From Paraspadella gotoi (taxonomy: Eukaryota > Animalia > Chaetognatha): DNA of 64,000 nucleotides. Below are positions 44,008 to 55,700 of the stretch, piece by piece. The stretch's first letter is position 1, and every line of letters begins with the position of its first letter. The translations under genes were made by a program, and so were the position numbers. The notes under the pieces were generated by a model. The model was given only the letters and a program-made list of their open reading frames with translations, was not told the DNA's origin and made no database searches. Where the stretch lies: the NCBI GenBank assembly GCA_051294375.1, contig CM119267.1, positions 937,601 to 1,001,600 on the forward strand, written 5' to 3'.

Positions 44008-47000
44008 GCAAGCTCAACCGGGAGACGAAGATCAAAGGGGAAGAGGAAGGGATCGTCACATCCGGTTGGAGCCACGCCTACATCGTCACCAGTTGGCCGA
44101 GGTCAAGGGGGATAGATTTATTGACGCCGACGACGGGGGGGAGGGAGGGGGAACGACGATAAGTGTTGTGAGGCAAGAAACCAAGCAATGCTTAACGGAG
44201 AAAATGGTTATTTTATGCATTCAACTGAACATAGTAATGAAAGTAGTTTCTGTTTTAAAACAATTGCTTGCAGATTACGCTCGTGCAGTGTATACTGTAT
44301 AGTAGGGTGGAGTGATGAAAAGATTGAGCGATTGAACATTATTTTTTTGCTGCTTATGGATATGTAATTAACAAATTTTAAATCTTTTAATCCTTTTTAA
44401 CATAACAGTAAATTCAATTATTTATATAGTAATATCGTTATAAAATTATTTTTTTTTATTTTAAAATAGATTTGGATTCGCCGTAAAAAACTAAAAAACT
44501 TTTATAAAATTATTATGTGATATTTTAATATTTAAACCGCAAAAATGACTAAAACGTTTTAACATATTAAGTTTTTACTACAGAGAATAAAACTTATGAA
44601 GTTTTTTTTTCCCCGTTTTAAATGTTAAAGATGACAGAATTTTTGATAACATATTTTTTATTTTTTATTCAACTTTTATGAAGAATCTGAATCTTATTAG
44701 GAGTTAAAAAAATATTTTTAAAATTTGTTATTTTATAAGAATATTACTACAAATATATTAATTTTACTATTGTTACCAAAACAAATGAACAAAATATTTT
44801 TTGTAGAGTTAAGTTTTATCTCATATTTTAAACATCCTTGTTAGGAGAAAAAACATTTATTGTTTTGGCAACAAATTATATTTAAGCAGACATGTTTCGA
44901 CAGTTCGGCAATTTAGAGTCTTCAGTGTTTGAAAAATTAACAAGTTTTTCTCTTAACATTAAGTTTGAGAGACAGAGAGAGAGAGACAGAGATAGAAAGA
45001 GGTCAGGTGAGAGAGTGGCACTAGGCATTTTTCAGGAGGATCTTTTCCAGACCCTAAATGTCTCACTCTACAATCATATCATCTCAGCCCATGTTAGACC
45101 GGTCCGTCCTCTCCAAACGCCCGAATTCGAGTATTTGAGAACTCTCACCCGAATGCTTCTATCCAGAATTCTTCAACATGTTCGACAATCGACGATCTAG
45201 TTTATTCTCTGATTTATAAGTTAAGGTCCTTAATTATCAAGCATTAGATTTCAACGTACAATAATTATTATTAACATCAAGAATTCAAAATCAGTAAACT
45301 CAAAACAATGAATAAACTAAGAGAATGAGAAATGATCAAACGATAAATCCTGTGCGAGTAAGTTCACTCAGATATCAGATTCGCAGTCTTTGATCTAAAC
45401 CCATGACAAGCCAATGACCCGATCCTATCGCCAATGTCCCACTTTGCCCGCTTGGGGGGGGGTCAGCTCACTTTGAGCTCTTTTCTCATCTTATTTTCAC
45501 AACTCTTTACTTACCTATCCCTCATCACTTATTCTTCCATTTTATATCAACCTTTAATTAATTTATTCATTATTACCATTGTTATTTTTAGTCTAATTCT
45601 TAAGTTTGCTAATTTATTTTCCTCTTCCTTTATCATTGTTGTATATTGTTAAATGTAAAGATTTTTTTCTCTCTCTCCATTCTCTCTCAATTTCCAATTT
45701 TACCCAACTCACTCCTCCCCTGTCCTTACATTCACCTGTCCTCACATCTGACAACTGTCCTTTATTCAATTCTTTGTTGGAAACTTACCCCTCTCTCTCT
45801 CTCAAACTTAATGTTAAAGAGAAAACTTGTTAATTTTCAAACACTGATGAAACTCTAAAACTGCAGAGTCGAAACATGTCTGTTTTAAATACAATTCGTT
45901 GCCAAAACAAATCAAATTGTTTTTCTCCTAATTACTAAAAACAACAAAATCGAAAGTCTTTACACAATATCCTTGTTTTATCATTCAAATAATTTTTTTG
46001 TTCTGAGTGCTCCACTCTACTGAATAGGCTAGTGCATAATTGAATTTTGATGTTGTAGGTCAAGCCGTATTATTAAATGCTCTCTTCGTTCGAAATGTAA
46101 TTGTTATGTTATGTTTAGTTTTGTTATTGTTATGTTATTCAGTTATTGTGCAAGAATTTGATTTCACGTCTAAATATCAACACGGTAATATTTTTTTTCC
46201 CTCCTTTTTCCAGCCACGGGATCGATGCGAGTCCCCATCACCCCAGCCACGGGATTCCCTCACTGCGACATCATCGACGTGAACTATTCCCTCGAACTCT
46301 CTGCGCGGATGGGCGCGGGACGGAAAGCGGCCATCGACGTGCCAATCCTCATCGGCACCGTCGCCACGGAGGCCTGCGTGGATCCGACAGGCCCGTGCCT
46401 GCCAAGCCCCGTCCTCCCAGAGTCAGGAAGGAGGAGGAGGATGAGGATGAGTTGAGAACGTTGGACGGGGAATTGGGAATCGAAGGACGAGAACCGAATT
46501 CAATCCTCTTTGGCCGAGTTAATACTCATAAGTACAAACGACAACAACAACACAATAATCCCCCGTTCCCCCTCTCCCCTCCCCTCCCCCAATTTTATAG
46601 TCTTCCTTTCACCCATTTTTTTTTCAATACTCTGGTATATTTTACTATTTGCCACTGTTACGTTTGTTTGTTGTAACTGCCCGAATATGTTTCACGATAT
46701 TGTTAGACGAAACTTATTACATGAATCATCACAATGTACGTATTAAATAAATTTCTAGATTACTCTTCATCCTTAATAGTAAGTTTATTTTTATTTTCGG
46801 GGTGGTGAGTAAATTCGTGGCTTCAAGTTTGTGGAAAGAGATGATTGAGGACATTTACAGTAAGGTTCGCGTACCAGAAACTCATTTGCATATTGCAATC
46901 TAGTGACATTGTTAAATAAAATTTGTGAGACGTTACCTAATGCTAAACTGATAGGGTAGTGCGGGGTAATTCGGAACACTTTTGGAAGTAATAAAATTTT

Positions 47001-48012
47001 TTACACAATAAATATAGAAAAATATATATATTGAAAAAAATTTTTTTTGGTGATTTATCGAGGAAAGTTCCCGGCGACAGGTTGATGCAGTCGTTTTTAT
47101 CCTGCGGCCGCATTTTTTATTTACCCACCCTGGGTAATTCGGAACACTTAATATATGTCTAGTTTTTATAATATTACAGAAAACAATAATTAAACACTAT
47201 TAATAAGAAGTATGAAGCCTTTCATTAATGTTTTTTGTATAAACATTTTAATCTTTTATTCTTAGTACTTCTTGACTTCTTAGACGAAATTTGACGAGCA
47301 ACTTTGAAATTGGTGCTGCTGCATTACCGAACTACCCTACTGATAGTAATTCAATAAGTTTTTTTTTTTAATTATATCCAAATAAAAATCACCCTCGCTG
47401 CATATTTGATGATGGTCTGCGGAGTGGATGTCTTCATGTTCCAAAATACGGTCAAGTTAGTAAAATCAGTGAAAAAAAGGACGAAGTTCACGAAGATTCT
47501 CTTCAGCCGCGCGACGCAGCGACAACAATGAGCTTTGAGATTATAAAGACAAACATTACTGTTTACATTTTCAATTGTTATATATTTTGAGTCCCTCGTT
47601 CATTGTCGTTCATCTAACTTCGTCTATAAATATCTGGCCAGACGGGCCTAGGCTTGTCTACTAGACAATGTCAAGGACGAGATTTTGCTTTATTATTGCT
47701 TCTTAATGACTTTGTCGACATTACGTTTTTTTAAAATTAGAAATTAAAAGTGTATATTTGTAGAAAATTAAAATTGTAAATATAGTTTTTTATTATGTAG
47801 TTTTTTCTTTTATGTTTCTTTTGATTCGTCTAAAAATGTGTTGGGATCTGCAGCGGCTGGACTTTTCTCTCTCTCTCACTTTCTTTATTAGTTTTTTATT
47901 ATCATATTATTATTTTATTTTTGCAAAACTGCTTTTGCTTTCGCTTTTTTTTTTTGTTAAGTAGTTTTTTAAAAATGCCAAAACCAAAATTAAAATTTTA
48001 TCTTTTTAAATT
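44008..48012 (+). repeat. Near-identical second copy of ~39853-43612 (3' half of the arrestin gene plus flank); 43623-43931 is a third partial copy
   Basis: Colinear identity, many single-base deletions, bracketed by N gaps at 43613, 43932 and 48207. Confidence 0.9.
45839..45885 (+). ncRNA. Hammerhead copy within the duplicated block
   Basis: aaacaCTGATGAaactctaaaactgcagagtcGAAAcatGTCtgttt (indels relative to the 41409 copy). Confidence 0.55.
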
Positions 48013-48455
48013 TATTTGCTCCATATAATTTATTTATCTTAATTCTTTATTTATTTTATTAAATAAATTTAAATTTAATTCATTCAATTAATTTTATTCA
48101 TTTAATTTATATTTATTCAATTCATTTTATTCAAATCATATTATTTAATTTTTATTTTATTGATCCTTTAAATTTTTTAAATGTTTTACCATCAATGATT
48201 CCTATANNNNNNNNNNNNNNNNNNNNNNNNNTCATCATATCAATAATTTAGTATCATCATAACAATAATTTCTCATCATCACATCAATAATTGGTTTTCA
48301 TTGCATCAATAATTTATTATTATTACATCAATCATTCAAGTTTTTTTCAGATATTGAGTGATGAATCATTATAATTTTTTTATTAATTTTTTTTTGATAG
48401 TAACGTCTGGCGAGATCACTATACTTTTAAGATTTTTTTCTCAGGAGCTTGTAAC

Positions 48456-50236
48456 ATGAGTTTTGCCAGGAAGCACATGTACAAGCATGGGTGGACTGAG
48501 GGGAAAGGATTGGGCCTTCACGAGTCAGGGATGACGACGGCGATAAAAGTAAAGATCAAAAGAGACAACGCTGGTATGGGTCACGACATGGCGGAGGAGT
48601 TTACCTTCCATTGGTGGGATCACGTCTTCAACAGGTTCGTCTTAGAAGTGGATCATTATTATATGAATTCGTCGATGGTAACGCCCGTCTCTTGGATCTT
48701 CGATTCGATCTTCGATCTTCAGGGCTGCGAATAAAATCAAAGTCAAAGGCGAAGACGATTCTTCTTCCTCAACAACTTCGTCCGATGACGACTACGATCA
48801 ACTTCAAGTCTCGAACAAGAAGCCCTCCAAGCGAAAGTACGATCCCAAGGCCATTCTCTACGGGAGATTTGTCAGCGGCGGTCTACTTGTCGACGAGAAC
48901 GCGAAGCGACTCGAGGCGGCGGCGACGGTTGCGGAGAATTCCGGCGCTGAATTGACGAGCGGCGCTACGAGCGACGCAGCCATCGCCGCCGACGACGATT
49001 CGGACAGTGACGCCGACGACAGCGAAGAAGAGCGGAAACTCTACGCCGCCGCTGGACTCCCCGAGGAAGAGCTCTTTAAGAGATGCGGCGGCCGCACCGC
49101 TCATAAAGGTGAGTTCGTCGTCACTTTTAAATCAGGGAGAATGAATTGGGAGAAAAGAGTCTGAGGATCCTGAATCCGTAATTGTACTTTAAATCCACCA
49201 ACCATTCACGGCGGTCATTGGTCCCGTGAGTCATACGACTCCTCACTCCTCAGTCCACACCCAAAGGTCCGGGGTTCTAACTGAACCCGCTTGTAGCAGG
49301 ATCCCAAGTTCAGGGTCTGCTAAATTATAAACGGTTTATCAATTTATTCTTGACAATTATTCTGTTTCTTCAGTTAATTTTTCCCTTAGAATTTAACATT
49401 TAAATTATACTTAGTCTCATTTTAACTTATCAGGCGCCAGGCACGGTTTGAAATTGAGTGCTAAGTTGCTTCGGATCGAACGACAGGAGGCGATCGACTC
49501 GAAGACGACGCCTATCGTCGCGGTGGAATCGAAGCCTCCATCCACGATCCTTTCCATCGAGACGCCGACGACGCGGGAACACGACGACGACGACTACGTT
49601 GGGAAGATTAAGAAGAAAAAAAAGAAAAACAAAGATAAAAAGAGGAAGATTATAAACGAAGGAGACGAAATTATCCAAGTCCATTCTGATGAGAAGAAGA
49701 AAAATAAAAAGAAACGACGGTTAATTGAGGCCGACGGAGCGGTTCCTGGAGCCAACGCTACCGTCCCTGAGGCCAAGAAAAAAAAGAAACGTCGGGAGGC
49801 GAAGAATAGCGAGGCATGTGACATCCGGGAAGGAAGCGAAATCCCGGATGTCATTGAAAACCGAAGGAAAGGAGAGAAATCTACTCAACGGAAACTCAAG
49901 GCGAAAAAGAAAGAGGAGGCGGACGAAAGACTCGAGGACGCGTCTGTCGAATCCGTGACTCCTGACGAAAATGTCGGTCAAACCGTCTTCCAGGAAGTCT
50001 CGAACCTCTCGTCCACTTCAGAGAAACGAAGCAAGAAAAAGAAAAGGAATAAATCTGTTGAAGCTGTCTCCGACGATCCACTCGAAGATCTCCGCGAGGA
50101 ATCGTCTTCCGAAGGACGAAAAAAGAAGAGGAAGAAGAGGAGACTCGATCTCGGCGAACATCCTCACGATTCGGATCAAACTCGAAGCGAAGAGAAAATA
50201 AAGAAAAAGAAAAAAAGAAAATTAAAAAAAGATTAA
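48456..50236 (+). CDS. GPATCH4: G-patch domain-containing protein 4, 3 exons (48456-48634, 48724-49108, ~49434-50236)
   Basis: FARKHMYKHGWTEGKGLG..GMGHDMAEEFTFHWWDHVFN; LYGRFV; EEELFKRCGGRTAHKG-ARHGLKLSAKLLRIERQE; Lys-rich tail. Confidence 0.92.
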
Positions 50237-50375
50237 AATAAACTCGCGTTGCAAAATCTGTCTTTTTAATTAATTATACTTTGCCGTTGTTACGTTTGTT
50301 TTTTATGAATTTTTATACAAAAAAAAAAATTTCTCGTTCAGTTTGATTTAAATTTCCAAGCGAAATTCTCGAACG

Positions 50376-51541
50376 ATGCCGTCGACGAAGGAAGGAAAGA
50401 AAAAGACGCCGGCGGCGGAGAAAAAGACTGAAAAAACTGGGACGGACAAGAAAAAGACCGCTGCAGCCAAACCCGCCGCTGCCAAACCCGCCGTCGCTCG
50501 AAAGGATCCCAAGACGGTGAAAACGGTGAAGGCGGACAAGAAGGTGGCGAAGACTCCTGCCGCCGTCAAGGCTTTAGGGTAAGAAGGGAGTGACCACTGA
50601 CCAGGATGGGGTGACCCCGATAATAAGTGGTGGGTAATGGATAGTCTTGGCTCTTCTCAGACGGTTAAACTTTTTTTAAATTGTATTCATTAGCATTTTT
50701 TTTTTTGCGAGGAGAGGACAAAACTTAAGCTAAAATTTTCCTTTTAAAAGATTTGACGTCTTGGTTAGGTTTTGGTAAGGTGATATTTGTTTAAACTCCG
50801 TTTGAAGCTCGCTTCTGACCAAGATAACAATATTTTTTGTTAATTCTTTGCCTAAAAATTAATTGACATCGGTTTTCCTAATTCCTTATGTCATTTCACA
50901 TATTGTATATTTCCTCTCCTTTCTTTTTTACACCCCTTTTCTCCTCAGCGCCAAGAAAAAGATCGTCAAGGGCCGCTTCGGAACGCGCGTCAAAAAAGTC
51001 CGCACGAACGTCAAATTCCGTCGCCCGAAGACGCTGCGTCTTAAACGCGCTCCCAAGTTTCCGCGAAAGAGCACGCCGAACCGTAACCGTATGGACGCCT
51101 ACTCCATCATTAGGTTGTTGTTGTTTTCGTTTTTAGGGTCGTTGGAGCATCGCGCTGATAGTTATGGTCATTGATCAGTCTGTTCCAAGGTTCAATCGGG
51201 ACCTGACAAATCTTTTTTTCCATACACAGATATCCGTTGACGACGGAACCTTGCATGAAGAAGATCGAGGACAACAACACTCTCGTTTTTATCGTCAATC
51301 TTAAGGTGAGTTCGGCGAAAGATGATCCTTTCCCTTATAACCAATTTTACCTTACCTTCCGCTCCTCCCATCCTTCAAGGCCAACAAGCCCCAGATCCGC
51401 GAGGCGGTGAAGCGTCTCTACGAGATCGACGTGTCCAAGGTCAACACACTCATCCGACCCGACGGCGTCAAGAAGGCCTATGTCCGTTTGGCGCCGCATT
51501 ACGACGCCCTTGACGTCGCCAATAAGATCGGCATCATATGA
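50376..51541 (+). CDS. RPL23A: 60S ribosomal protein L23a (uL23) with Lys/Ala-rich N-terminal extension, 4 exons
   Basis: [19 protein letters not shown]; [20 protein letters not shown]; [34 protein letters not shown]. Confidence 0.97.
50707..50832 (+). ncRNA. Possible H/ACA snoRNA in RPL23A intron 1
   Basis: Weak 5' hairpin, ANANNA (AAAAGA, 50746-50751), 12-bp stem gtcttggttagg/tctgaccaagat, ACA at 50827-50829. Confidence 0.3.
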
Positions 51542-51751
51542 GAAGGAAGAGGAAGAGGAATAAAAGGAATGAAGGAACGAGAGAAACTCTTTTCTCAATT
51601 CTATCGTTCAAGAATCTTCGTTTATTTTTTAAATAAGATAGAAAAAAAAAGTTCAGAAGCTTCCAATATTTTGAATATTTAATTGTTGTATGTGAAAACG
51701 TTATTTTTAGATCTTCATTTACCTAAACTCTCTATAACAATCTAAAAAAAG

Positions 51752-52576
51752 ATGGCGTTGGCTGACGTTTTGGGATTTAGCAAATCCCGCCCATTCGCCC
51801 GCGAAGACGAGGTTCCCCACGTAAGCCTCGATCCTGCCGTTCGAGGTTTTTTCTCCGCTCCGCCCCTCGGCGATCCTCGCCTCGCCCTCGGCGCCTTCGC
51901 TCCCAACAAGACGAGCGACGACGTGAAGATCTCTTTCGATCACGGGACGACCACGTTGGCCTTCAAGTTTCGCCAAGGTGTCATCGTAGCCGTGGACTCT
52001 CGCGCCACGGCCGGGCCTTACATCGCCTCCCAAACGGTGAAGAAGGTCATCGAGATCAATCCTTACCTGCTGGGAACCATGGCTGGCGGAGCGGCCGATT
52101 GTTCCTACTGGGAACGCGTGCTGGCCAAGCACTGCCGCATCTATGAGCTGCGCAACAAGGAGCGCATCTCCGTCGCCGCCGCATCCAAGCTGCTCGCTAA
52201 TATCGTCTACGGCTACAAGGGCATGGGCCTCTCCATGGGCACCATGATCTGCGGGTGGGACAAGAAAGGACCGGGATTGTACTATGTGGACTCTGATGGA
52301 ACCCGCCTCACCAATAACCTTTTCTCCGTCGGGTCCGGATCCACTTACGCCTACGGAGTTCTCGACTCTGGGTACAAATGGGATCTCGGCGTGGAAGAGG
52401 CCTACGACCTCGGCATGCGCGCCATCTATCACGCCACTCACAGGGACGCCTACTCGGGAGGCGTGGTCAATCTCTACCACATGAGGGAGACAGGGTGGAT
52501 CAAAGTCTCGCAAACCGACGTTACCGAACTGCACTATAAATATAAGGAGGAAAAGGAGGCTAAACTGAGGGGTTGA
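51752..52576 (+). CDS. PSMB5: Proteasome subunit beta type-5 (intronless)
   Basis: HG|TTTLAFKF propeptide cleavage site; AVDSRATAG; [10 protein letters not shown]; [14 protein letters not shown]; HRDAYSGG. Confidence 0.98.
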   Translation: MALADVLGFSKSRPFAREDEVPHVSLDPAVRGFFSAPPLGDPRLALGAFAPNKTSDDVKISFDHGTTTLAFKFRQGVIVAVDSRATAGPYIASQTVKKVIEINPYLLGTMAGGAADCSYWERVLAKHCRIYELRNKERISVAAASKLLANIVYGYKGMGLSMGTMICGWDKKGPGLYYVDSDGTRLTNNLFSVGSGSTYAYGVLDSGYKWDLGVEEAYDLGMRAIYHATHRDAYSGGVVNLYHMRETGWIKVSQTDVTELHYKYKEEKEAKLRG

Positions 52577-52796
52577 TGTAAATTGGAGAGAGTCTTAAGT
52601 CGTTTCTTAATTCCTTACGAAGTTCAGTGATGAAGACGTCTTTATTTTATATTGAAAACTGTAAAAAAATGTGGCTTAATTAAATCTGTATTATTTACTT
52701 ATCAGAGGCTTCGCCAGTTTGTTAGGTTCATGCCTAATTGCATATGTACATGAACTTTTTATTCCACGCCTCCCCATGCTTCCATGATATGCAATC

Positions 52797-55700
52797 ATGG
52801 GCAAGAAAGACAAAACCCAGATTGCTTGCAGCGTGGCAGAGGCCTCTGCTTTTGCCGAGGATCTTCCCTGCGAAACTAAGCCTCGTCAAAAAAGTAAGTT
52901 AAGACTCACCAATTGCTATGACTTCGTTGACTTCGTGATAATATTTTCGCTTAATAATGTCAGGGCGCGATCTTTTTATCCAATAAAAAAAATATTATAT
53001 CACTTCATTGATAAGGAAGACAAGCACACTTTGAGGGACTGTAAGAGTTACATTACAGGGTGTTGCTTTATTATCTTGTAAGAGGGATTGAGCCAGTTCA
53101 AAGTCGGGGACAACCTCGCTTGTTTAATATTTATTGGTTGTACTCTGGCGACTCGAGTTGACCTCAGTCAACCAGATGACCTTCGTCACAAAGAGACAAT
53201 GAACCCTCAGTCGTCGTCGTCGTCGTCGGCTGACTTCTTCTTCTCCTTACATTGTAAAGTTTCTCTCTCTTTTCGAATTCCAAGAACTAAAACCACGTTT
53301 TTATCTTTTTTAATCGACGTTCAAATGAATTGCTATTAACTACATTTTACCCACGTTAAATCTTCTCCAAGTATATCGTCTTTTATTATTGTTTTCAACT
53401 GTTGTAATACGTTTATGAAACGTAGAACTCTTTTTGCCTTGTTATTGACCGTTTAAATAGTTATTATAAAATTAATTAAACTTAATCAACGACTTAATTC
53501 TTTGTGACGAGGGTCTCCAAAGTACCACTTTAACAGCATTATTTTAAAAATCTTTGCCAGCTATAGAAAGGATAGAATTCATTAATAATAAACATTTTAT
53601 TTGCAATATTACTTTATAATTAAGAAGTACAGCACAGCGACTCCCCGAAGATCGAAATCTACTGCATCTGCGAGAATGAAGGATTTGGAGAAATGATTCA
53701 ATGCGACAATGAATTTTGTGCCATCGAGTGGTTCCACCTGAGATGCGTCCGTCTCTCCGTTGCACCCAAAGGAAAATGGTTCTGTCCCGAGTGCGGGACC
53801 AAAACTTCAAGGTTGTTAAAAAGAAAATGCTAATTAATTTTCGATTTCACTTCGAAAAAAGGGCAAGTTTTAATACTATTTCATAAGTGTCGTTATAGTT
53901 ATTTTCTCGTCTGGTCAGGTCGAACGGTGGACGAGGAAAATCTCGACAATCCCCAATGAGCAAGAATCGAGTCATGCGAGAAGTCGCCTTATATGAAAGG
54001 TTTTAATCTTAATCGTGGTTGCTTGCCCACCACTGCTTGATCGCGGAAGCTTGCCCCTTTTAAAGTTCCATTTCTTTCTCAGTCCCTTCACAAAAAAGAA
54101 CCCGAAATCTCGATCTCGCGATTCTGCCTTTTATCGTCCCGTCAAAACCTCCAGCGTCAGTCGGAAAGAAAAATTAGAAGAGGCGGTTTCTAGGAAAAGG
54201 TTGAAAGGACGCGTCCATAAAAAAGCCGATGATGGTCTAGTCGCCAACGAAAAAACTGAAGAAAAAGAAAAGGGGGAGAAATCAATTCTGGAAACGTTTT
54301 TGGATATTCGGGAATCTTGCTCGGATATTCACAACATGAACTTGGAGGAAGCCTCTGAGACAATCAAAGATAATGATTCCCACTGGAAGGATGACCAAGA
54401 AAAACCCATCAATGATGACTCGGAAAAAAACACCCAGGTCAGTCCGTGGAAAGAAAGTCAAAGCTTCGATAATTATCAACTGCAAGACGAATCGGGCAAA
54501 ACGTCACCTCATCAATCATTTCGCGTTGGGTGGCCGTGTCACTTTTCCCACAAGTCCTCTATAAAAGACGTCGTCAACGAACTATGTTCGGATCCGAAAA
54601 AGTATTGTAAGTTGGATAATTTTTTTACACTATTAGTTCATTCAATTTAATTTAAACAACAAAAATATTTCTCCAGACAAAAAATACGCCCAACTTTTGC
54701 ACAATCACGGGTTGGAAGCAGAGAAGGTACGGGACGAATTGCAATTCTCCGATTCTACTTTGGAATTCGCCAACGAACCAACAAATCTTGAAGACCTGAT
54801 CAAGATTTTCAGCAGAAATTGCGATTGGAGGGAGAAACTCGGTGAGGCTTTGGTTCGCCTCGGACATTCATCCATTTCCAAATGGGTTTCGTTTGGAATG
54901 GAAGAACTTCTAACCTTGGAAGATTTGTTAGTGAGTCCTAAGACAGTAGATGATTTTCCCATTGAAATTAGTGAAGTTCATTCCAGCGGCGAATGTGATG
55001 AAATTCCCGCCTTCGACGAAAATTTGTCCGAAAATCCTTTGCTTCGAAAGATAATCAATGTTGCTTTTTGTTCGCGGTCAGTTGACTTGTCTCCTTTTAT
55101 CTCTGCTTTTAATAAAAGGTCACGAAACAAAGAGGACAACTCGCTCCATCGTCTTCTTTCTCTCAATGACTTTCCCCGCGCTCCTCATGACATCTTCTTG
55201 AGGAATTACTCGGTTGACACATGGTGCGTCTTTATGTCTGCCGATGAGATCATTGAAGAGTTAAAACGTTGTCTTTTCTCTGGAGAATCATTAAGCTACG
55301 CTTTAAAGGGTTTGGCAGGCAACGGTTTGGGTAAGTTGATTGTCAGCACCGTCTTCAGCTCGAGCTTGCGGTCCCGGCCAGAATTTGAAGGAAAAGCTCT
55401 TTTTTTTGCAAATGACCCTGACTGGCATGAAAAGTTCGAAGGGAAGACGATCGTTCCCAAGTTTATGCCTCTTGATAAAATGGAGTCAAAACTTTGGAAA
55501 TGGATCTCGTCGGCCGGTTCCCCTTTTTTCATTACCAAGGACAAGTTGGTGAAACACGGTTGGCCTCTTACGGTCATTGACTCTTTCTTTGAGAAACTCA
55601 TCAAGGAAAATCTCGTGATAAAAATTTTATGTAATTTTGATACTATTTATTTTTTTAGATTCGACGTTTTGCACAACATTAGTCGGGCTCTTGCCGGACT

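Noticed and set aside
46146-46530. Arrestin pseudogene
   Set aside because: Frameshifts match the single-base-deletion pattern across the whole gap-flanked duplicate and are more likely consensus errors
51136-51211. Single hairpin followed by ACA in RPL23A intron 2
   Set aside because: Very asymmetric pocket and no H box or second hairpin; too weak to call
51719-52534. Long antisense ORFs (also 29772-30473, 58183-58725, 58915-59496)
   Set aside because: Shadows of GC3-rich coding sequence on the opposite strand with no recognisable motifs
53625-53830. Stand-alone ING family gene
   Set aside because: No ING N-terminal coiled-coil exons found upstream, and splice phases link the PHD exon to the downstream protease ORF
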